From the NCBI GenBank assembly GCA_965368975.1, contig CBDUPA010000019.1:64001-128000 (forward strand): a stretch of DNA of 64,000 nucleotides. Direction: 5' to 3'. Below the pieces are notes generated by a model, which was not told the origin of the DNA, searched no databases, and saw nothing but the letters and a program-made list of their open reading frames with translations. How positions within the stretch are numbered: position 1 is the stretch's first letter; every line of letters begins with the position of its first letter. Source of the stretch: an uncultured bacterium. Lineage in GTDB: Bacteria > Acidobacteriota > Thermoanaerobaculia > Multivoradales > JAHZIX01. This document shows positions 62,501 to 64,000 of this stretch, piece by piece. A program made the position numbers and the translations under genes.

Positions 62501-64000
62501 TGCAGTGCCGGCCCATTGTCGGCCGCGGGCTCGTTCTCTCGGCGGCCCTCCCGCGGATCCGCGTTCGACGTGACGTAGGCCACAACCCGCGCTGAGCGAC
62601 TGCCGGCGTCACGCACCAGGGCGACCGCCTGGCGTACCGCCGGCAGCGCTTCGAGCGCCGCCTCGATCTCGCCCAGCTCGATGCGGAAGCCGCGCACCTT
62701 CACTTGGTGGTCACGGCGGCCCAGGCACTCCAACTGGCCGTCGGCGCGCCAGCGCGCCAGGTCGCCGGTGCGGTACAGACGCGCACCAGCCTCGGCAAGC
62801 ACACCAGCCTCGGCTGCAAAGGCATGCGGCACGAAGACCGACGCCGTCTTGCCCGGGCGCCCCAGGTAACCCCGCGCCAGACCGTCGCCGCCCAGGTACA
62901 GCTCGCCCGGAACGCCGGGCAACTGCAGCCGGCCCTCGGCATCGACGACATAGGCCTTACTACCCGCCAGGACGCGACCAACCCGCATCTGCTCGACGTC
63001 CGGCGGCACGCGGTAGGCCGTCGAATAGGTGGTGTCTTCCGATGGGCCGTAGAGGTTCCACAACTCCGGCGCGGGTCGGTTCTCGGCCGCGGACTGCGCG
63101 CTGATGGCACGGATCAAGCTCACCGCCAGTGGCTCGCCCGCCAGGTTGACCACGCGCACCGACGGCGGCAGCGGCGCCACCGCCAACAACTCGGTGACCA
63201 CCGAGGGTACGCTGTTGACCAGCGTCACCCGCGACGCCGCCGGCAGCGACGGCAAGGACAGCGCGTCCTGGGCCAGCACCACGCAGCCGCCGTACGACAG
63301 CGGTGCAAACACCTCGAACACCGAGATGTCGAAGCTCGCCGAGGTCGCGGCCAGCACGTGGTCGAGGTGACGTCCGTACGTCTTCACCGACCACCGCAGC
63401 AACTGAAGCGCCGCGCCGTGACGGATCACCACGCCCTTGGGTCGACCGGTGGAACCGGAAGTGTAAATCACGTAGGCGGCAGCGTTTACATCCCGTGCAG
63501 AGACACTCTCCAAAGAGGTGCCCAAAGAGATACCAGTCGATTCCCGAGAGGTACTCGCCAATGGCTCCAGGACTTCGACCGTACCGGTGAACTCGGCCGA
63601 TAGCAGCCCAACGGTGGCGGGCTCGGCCAGCACGACGGCGGCATCGCTGTTTTCGATCAGCCAGCGCAGACGCTCAGCGGGATAGGCTGGATCGAGCGCC
63701 ACATAGACGGCGCCGCGGCGCAGCACGGCGAGCAGGGCCGCCGGCAGCCGAGACGTGCGCCGCAAGCAAACGCCCACGCGGGGTTCGGGACCAGCGTCCA
63801 GCAGGTGACGGTCCAGGCGCGCGGCGATGCGGGCGGACTCTCGCTCCAGCTCGCGGTAGCTCAGGTGCACCCGGCCGGCGACCAGCGCGACGCGCTCGGG
63901 CACCACTTCGGCCTGGGCCAGGAAGGGCTCGTGCAGACCCGTGAACTCGTGCAGGCCCTCCGGCAGCCGTGCAGCCTCCCCCACCCACTCGACCAGCAAC
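47581..64000 (-). CDS. NRPS, 3' part (A-T-C-A-T-C-A-T-C-A-T-C-A-T-TE); start lies beyond the right edge
   Basis: At least 5472 aa open. Five A3 motifs YTSGSTG; four LCL-type C domains (SFAQQRLWF; QHHI(V/I)(S/T)DGWS); five T domains GGHSL; TE with HPVGG, GWSMG and GNHF. By-eye codes DIFNNALTYK (Ala-like), DAKDLGVVDK (Glu), DVWFLGNVVK and DAWFLGHIVK (Leu-like), DIFDNALTFK (Ala-clade variant). Confidence 0.96.
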   Translation of the reverse strand, partial: LLVEWVGEAARLPEGLHEFTGLHEPFLAQAEVVPERVALVAGRVHLSYRELERESARIAARLDRHLLDAGPEPRVGVCLRRTSRLPAALLAVLRRGAVYVALDPAYPAERLRWLIENSDAAVVLAEPATVGLLSAEFTGTVEVLEPLASTSRESTGISLGTSLESVSARDVNAAAYVIYTSGSTGRPKGVVIRHGAALQLLRWSVKTYGRHLDHVLAATSASFDISVFEVFAPLSYGGCVVLAQDALSLPSLPAASRVTLVNSVPSVVTELLAVAPLPPSVRVVNLAGEPLAVSLIRAISAQSAAENRPAPELWNLYGPSEDTTYSTAYRVPPDVEQMRVGRVLAGSKAYVVDAEGRLQLPGVPGELYLGGDGLARGYLGRPGKTASVFVPHAFAAEAGVLAEAGARLYRTGDLARWRADGQLECLGRRDHQVKVRGFRIELGEIEAALEALPAVRQAVALVRDAGSRSARVVAYVTSNADPREGRRENEPAADNGPALQPDRLRAELSGTLPAQFVPAQILVIDEFPLTPSGKVDRRTLTNRPLEAGPEVVLESPRSPIEELVASVWIEVLRVEAVGRQSNFFELGGHSLMATQVVSRLRQQLAVELPVRAVFEAPTVAALARRLQQLQAGGDGAAALAPIEPLARDARGVPEVPPPVSFAQQRLWFLDRLQPGSSAYNMPAAMEVEGPLDRRALFDALGQVMQRQESLRTVFGEVAGEPVQWIQPHPARAWALVDLGGLDAEAREVETRRLIVGESTRPFDLQDGPLVRCLLVAIGAARHALALTQHHIVSDGWSIGILVRELTAFYRSSSAALPPLLVQYADYAVWQRRYLEGDVLGRQLDTWRRRLQGVEPLALASDRPRPARLTQRGGVVIQPFTEASNDALRQLGRDHQATPFMVLLATLQLLLARFGSQRDVTVGSPIAGRTRVEVEALIGFFINTLVFRGELARGLSGRELLAQVRERTMEAYGNQDVPFERLVDELDIERDMSRTPLFQVMLVLQNTPTPQGELSGDVELRPFAADNQQVKFELNWNVGETPEGWRVGLGYNSDLYDATTARRLRAAFEHLLQRLAAAPETDIWALPLLAPAEAQQTLTEWSDMAPVVARVFEPWPVRFTAVATARPHAVALVHGRRHLSFAAAAARVDAVAACLRARGAGAETRVAVRLPRSPELILALLGVLASGAAYVPVEPGWPAQRRRQVLDEAAPLLVLDDAAAIAAEPSRDGVHSLPAWMPAWTPDSLAYVLYTSGSTGRPKGVMVTHGGLANLQRALRRAIYAEVPRDGSTILQGLRVGLNASVAFDASVKQWLQLADGHTLYLVDEAQRLEPASFAAWVEESRLHVFDATPSQLSSVLASVGAARLGGGGERRVLVGGEAVTPELWRQLSPGQGSRLQGVNVYGPTETTVDATAAVMRDGDGFLPETSPHLGRPLLDVTVRVLGPALLPQSLGAVGELAIGGAGVARGYLGQPARTAEAFIPDPFLSAAAHSRAGRLYRTGDLVRWRVDGTLVYLGRRDHQVKLRGFRIELEEIEAVLESFPSVRRAGVVVAGDAAKGEPPQLVAYLSDTTDAATNVPLLRQWLGERLPAYMVPAVIEVLEELPLSSSAKVDRRALAARPLARPEAVAPEELPSSPMEELLAGVWRDLLAVPAVSRQGNFFELGGHSLLATQLVSRVREQLAVELPVRAIFEAPTLAALARRLQEEISRGPDGSAQPPSMEPLQRAVPGAELGREGAGPGALAVPVEPPPLSFAQQRLWFIDSLQPGTTAYNMPSALRLRGTLDRGALLRALAAVVRRHEGLRTTFRLPRTPRLPDTPGAAGAGSEQPVQWISPRVPRVWSVVDLRRLEPARRERLSTRLLNTSGGQSFDLQRGPLLRCLLLIDADDLHPLGITQHHIVSDGWSTGILVRELSAFYAAETASQVAAQLPPLPIQYADFAAWQRAWLQGEVLDAQLEVWRQRLSGSTPLDLATDRPRPALTTTRGAALPLLLPAPATRALRALAQRHGATLFMVLVTALQVLLARLSGQSQINVGTPVAGRNRIETEGLIGFFINTLVLRGDLDGDASDDAAGGNSFSRLLAQTRERTLEAYAHQDVPFEQLVQALEPDRDLSRTPLFQVMLALQNVPRQSVAMDAELSLEPQPLNLVAARFELTWTFVERPDEQLGVTLTYNSDLFDATTARRWAGHFRHLVQALGMAGEAGGSAFEAGTTAVERPWNTLSLLGPAERHALLREWCGTWSHRRAVAPVRTEAVRPGTPRERGWEYVDGRQLKAVHLRVAEWAAEQPDAVAVSLYASSESGSETSTSEQLLTYGTLRRRAAAVAAGLRRRFAALNVDPTERRIAVLLRRSPDLMVALQAVLEVGAAYVPLDPETPVERLNFQILDSQARDVRPLVLVDRDLVDAQLGQLDSEIEVVSLDQLRTQGHGAVRHGAVRHEMGPAIVDPLQLAYVIYTSGSTGVPKGVAVSHGTLARLLAWHAETFDLRPGTRTLAAAGLAFDVTVWEVWVGLVHGTTICQPADADRARPEELVSWLVAEQIESGFLTTPVLELMLGVDEALWQGAATVHVLTGGDRLRRRPQPGLPFMLWNNYGPTENTVVATFGRVALDTGGEESRPPSIGRPLPAVDAYVLDAQLQPRPIGVPGELALGGGQVSRGYLGRPALTAAAFVPDPFARPGAGLRLYRTGDLVRWLPSGEIDFLGRIDHQVKVRGFRVELGEIEAALNAQPAVRTAVVLLRGEQLVGWVTLLEDVAAAGRGAQGQDLRDALATQLPPYMVPARIEFLDELPLTANDKVDRRALQALPLSLTAEGEAELVAERLPATPTEELVAGIWSDLLGVDAVPRQGNFFELGGHSLIATQVISRLREQLNVELPVRALFEAPTVASLALRVQEAMKSEQAAAPPLEALPRRVPAGVPGGAAIPVDPPPLSFAQQRLWFLDRLQPGTSTYNMPSALRLRGVLDRRALLSALDAVVERQESLRTTFEERTFELADGKSADGKKASQPVQIIAPLAPRTWGVVDLGALTTDDLDSTRQALLDDNSSRPFDLRRGPLARCVLLICSTDEASSEATGEDREPLHTLGLTQHHIISDGWSSGILVRELSAGYRALAAGEQPDGAPLSVWQPLPIQYADFAAWQQSWLRGEALEAQLEVWRRRLGDSQPLDLVPDRPRPAMATTRGAGVPLRLDADTAEALRALARRHGATLFMVLISALQVLLSRVTGQQSINVGTPIAGRTRVETEGLIGFFINTLVLRGELGGLDSFAALLAQARERTLEAYAHQDLPFERLVQALEPDRDASRTPLFQVMLALQNLPPGSQPLDEGLQLEAQPLNFASARFELTWTFVERPDGDLGATLTYNTDLFDATTARRWLSQFAELLGALVKGDTVQGDAGDATSLDRLPLFGSSERHALLFEWGGTFAAAAEGAAVHAQLASWTERQPDAVAVSMVGDGGQLQVLSYGTLRRRAATVASGLRRLGVGPERRIAVLLERSPDLPIALQAVLEAGGAYVPLDPETPPDRLLFQIHDSQESALDDGAQEDGAQEEGPLLLVDAHRVAAIEAALAQAAVVVGGEEQGPQERRPVRLLTLEDLERAAPADDVEAGLPSPPPPAVPEQLAYVIYTSGSTGLPKGVAVSHGTLARLMAWHAARYAPGPGVRTSATAGLAFDATVWEVWSSLAHGACLCLPAAADRARPEALAAWLIAEQVESGFLATPVLELMLDLDWDALTGAGSARLRHVLTGGDRLRRRPDAALPFTLWNHYGPTENTIVATAGRVAMEGRVALEDRTGGRVDAQLPSIGRPLPDVEVRILDRHLRPQPIGAAGELVLGGGQLARGYLDRPALTACAFVPDPFGASRHADAMGVDEVHATGHRLYRTGDLVRWRASGEVDFLGRIDHQVKIRGFRVELGEIEAVLALHPAVREAAVLLRGQQLFAWVTSGVTSLDIDSLRATLSERLPAYMVPSRLEVLEQLPLTANEKVDRRALEALAVATAPTAGEAGFEPPASPMEELVAGIWSDLLGVESVPRQGSFFELGGHSLVATQVVARLRDQLDVELPVRALFDAPTVAALATAVERLQSTGQRGAATLDAPLEPLPRDARGVPLEPPPLSFAQQRLWFLEKLRPGSPAYHLSNALRVEGQLDHQALAAALSTVVRRHESLRTVFEETSAGVPVQRVLPPGRVAWPVVDLSRLRASDSGEDTDSGEDTLTALAQSLSQRQRVLPFDLQRGPMLRTLLLRLGTTEEGVEEQVVALTQHHIVTDGWSMGILVRELSVAYAFFSQADGTSESSIDLSKAEPVAPDLPALPVQYTDYAAWQRRHLVDEVLEAQVDYWRDRLGGVEPLELPTDRPHPPVSTGRGGAVPVRLPEATSEALRTLARRQGVTSFMALLAGLQMLLARISNTADLTVGSPIAGRERVELEGLIGFFINTLVLRGQLSQASGFGDLLAQARERTLEAYAHQSVPFERLVDELAPERDLSRTPLFQVLLALQNLPQGNLDIGDTTWQPLATSSVQTQFEMMWMLGEVPAAPASSGRDGSGPVIAGTLIYNADLFDRTTMVRWVEGFTRLLDAALQAPERDWRQLPFNSRAQQHQLLHEYSQEPDAPTAWIPDDTSGLHQPFLARAAELPERIALVAGKHHITYAELLRQSAAVAESLRQAGVEPGARVGVCLWRTPRMVASMIGALYAGAAYVPLDPAYPAERLRWLIEDSHAEIVLCQPSTVELIPEHYQERVRILEPKAVEAGDALPRPEPIPPFGSSHIIYTSGSTGRPKGIMIRHTSALDMLRWAVATYTPTQLSNVLAATSVSFDISVFELFAPLSTGGCAILVRDALELPTLESAERVTLVDTVPSVATELLAVAPLPASVEALNLAGEPVALSLARTIFDARPRYKRPQLDVYNLYGPSEDTTFSTSWRLPPDLQAMRVGRTLPGCRGYVLDQVGNLAPFGVPGELFLGGTGLSLGYIDRPMITAGSYRPNPFSEVPGERLYTTGDLIRWRMDGTMDCLGRRDHQVKVRGFRVELGEIEAALEEHAEVRQAVAVVQHAGTGAARILAFVTLEVEPGARPQGDAMGDTLRARLVDSLPAHFVPARVLVLEEFPLTPSGKADRRSLTARADLGTEASADSVAPRDELEAELMELWQELLGHGGFGVRDSFFDLGGHSLLAVRLTAGLQQQFGIQVAVASLFETPTIEGLAARLRGDWHPSEREILVPLREVASEGGDGERPLFLAHPVGGNVLSYLDLTRHLGTRVQELPVYGLQSPPVGERFDDFEALASRYLDEVRRVQPEGPYRLGGWSMGAVLTFEMSRQLEAAGEQVELLVMIDATPDVAQSSSEQRDWDEPTLMATFLADLTSRSLLPELQGKLRQAAQEDRLGILANAAVAAGALPPGSGSEHLEELVELFRRNVHLLYNYRAGSYAGAAEFVRAEATTRMLGTGPADEPWNGCLGEVRRTDLAGNHFTLLKEPTVVSVAEVVVRCLS
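47590..48360 (-). other. Type I thioesterase domain
   Basis: RPLFLAHPVGGNVLSY, GPYRLGGWSMG (nucleophile elbow), LAGNHFTLL (catalytic His). Confidence 0.9.
51397..51432 (-). repeat. In-frame 18-bp duplication (DSGEDT x2)
   Basis: cgtgtcctccccgga(g/a)tc x2, inside a C domain. Confidence 0.85.
53381..53412 (-). repeat. In-frame 15-bp duplication (DGAQE x2)
   Basis: tcttcctgggcacca x2. Confidence 0.85.
56701..56733 (-). repeat. In-frame 15-bp duplication (HGAVR x2)
   Basis: gtggcgcacagcacc x2 plus gtg. Confidence 0.85.

Noticed and set aside
1-64000. tRNA/rRNA genes, transposases, integrases, MbtH-like protein, PPTase, transporters, intrinsic terminators
   Set aside because: None could be supported. 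The intergenic gaps are short and show no clear hairpin followed by a U-tract.

Overview
High-GC window that is almost entirely one secondary-metabolite locus, read mostly on the minus strand. In transcription order (right to left): (1) the 3' part of an NRPS running off the right edge (A-T-[C-A-T]x4-TE; by-eye codes Ala, Glu, Leu, Leu, Ala-variant); (2) a lone plus-strand FGE-sulfatase/C-type-lectin-fold gene without the FGE catalytic cysteine motif, overlapping the NRPS stop; (3) a sigma70-like promoter and a four-gene cassette: transketolase C-subunit, DegT/DnrJ aminotransferase, transketolase N-subunit, second transketolase C-subunit; (4) a ~13,250-aa hybrid megasynthetase, FAAL-ACP-C-A-T-C-C-A-T-KS-AT-ACP-C-A-T-E-C-A-T-E-C-A-T-C(modAA)-A-T-C-A-T-E-C-A-T; (5) the 5' part of a further NRPS (C-A) running off the left edge, missing from the ORF track. 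The best candidate for an undescribed system is the one-alpha/two-beta split transketolase plus sugar-type aminotransferase cassette. Both beta subunits have lost the aldose-recognising Asp, which suggests a dedicated route to a 2-amino-1,3-diol building block for the lipopeptide line. That line also has a fungal LYS2-like A domain behind tandem C domains, a non-reducing PKS module and a dehydrating C domain. The NRPS genes carry many short in-frame tandem duplications, mostly 15 bp. Domain boundaries and specificity codes were read by eye and are approximate; no database searches were run.
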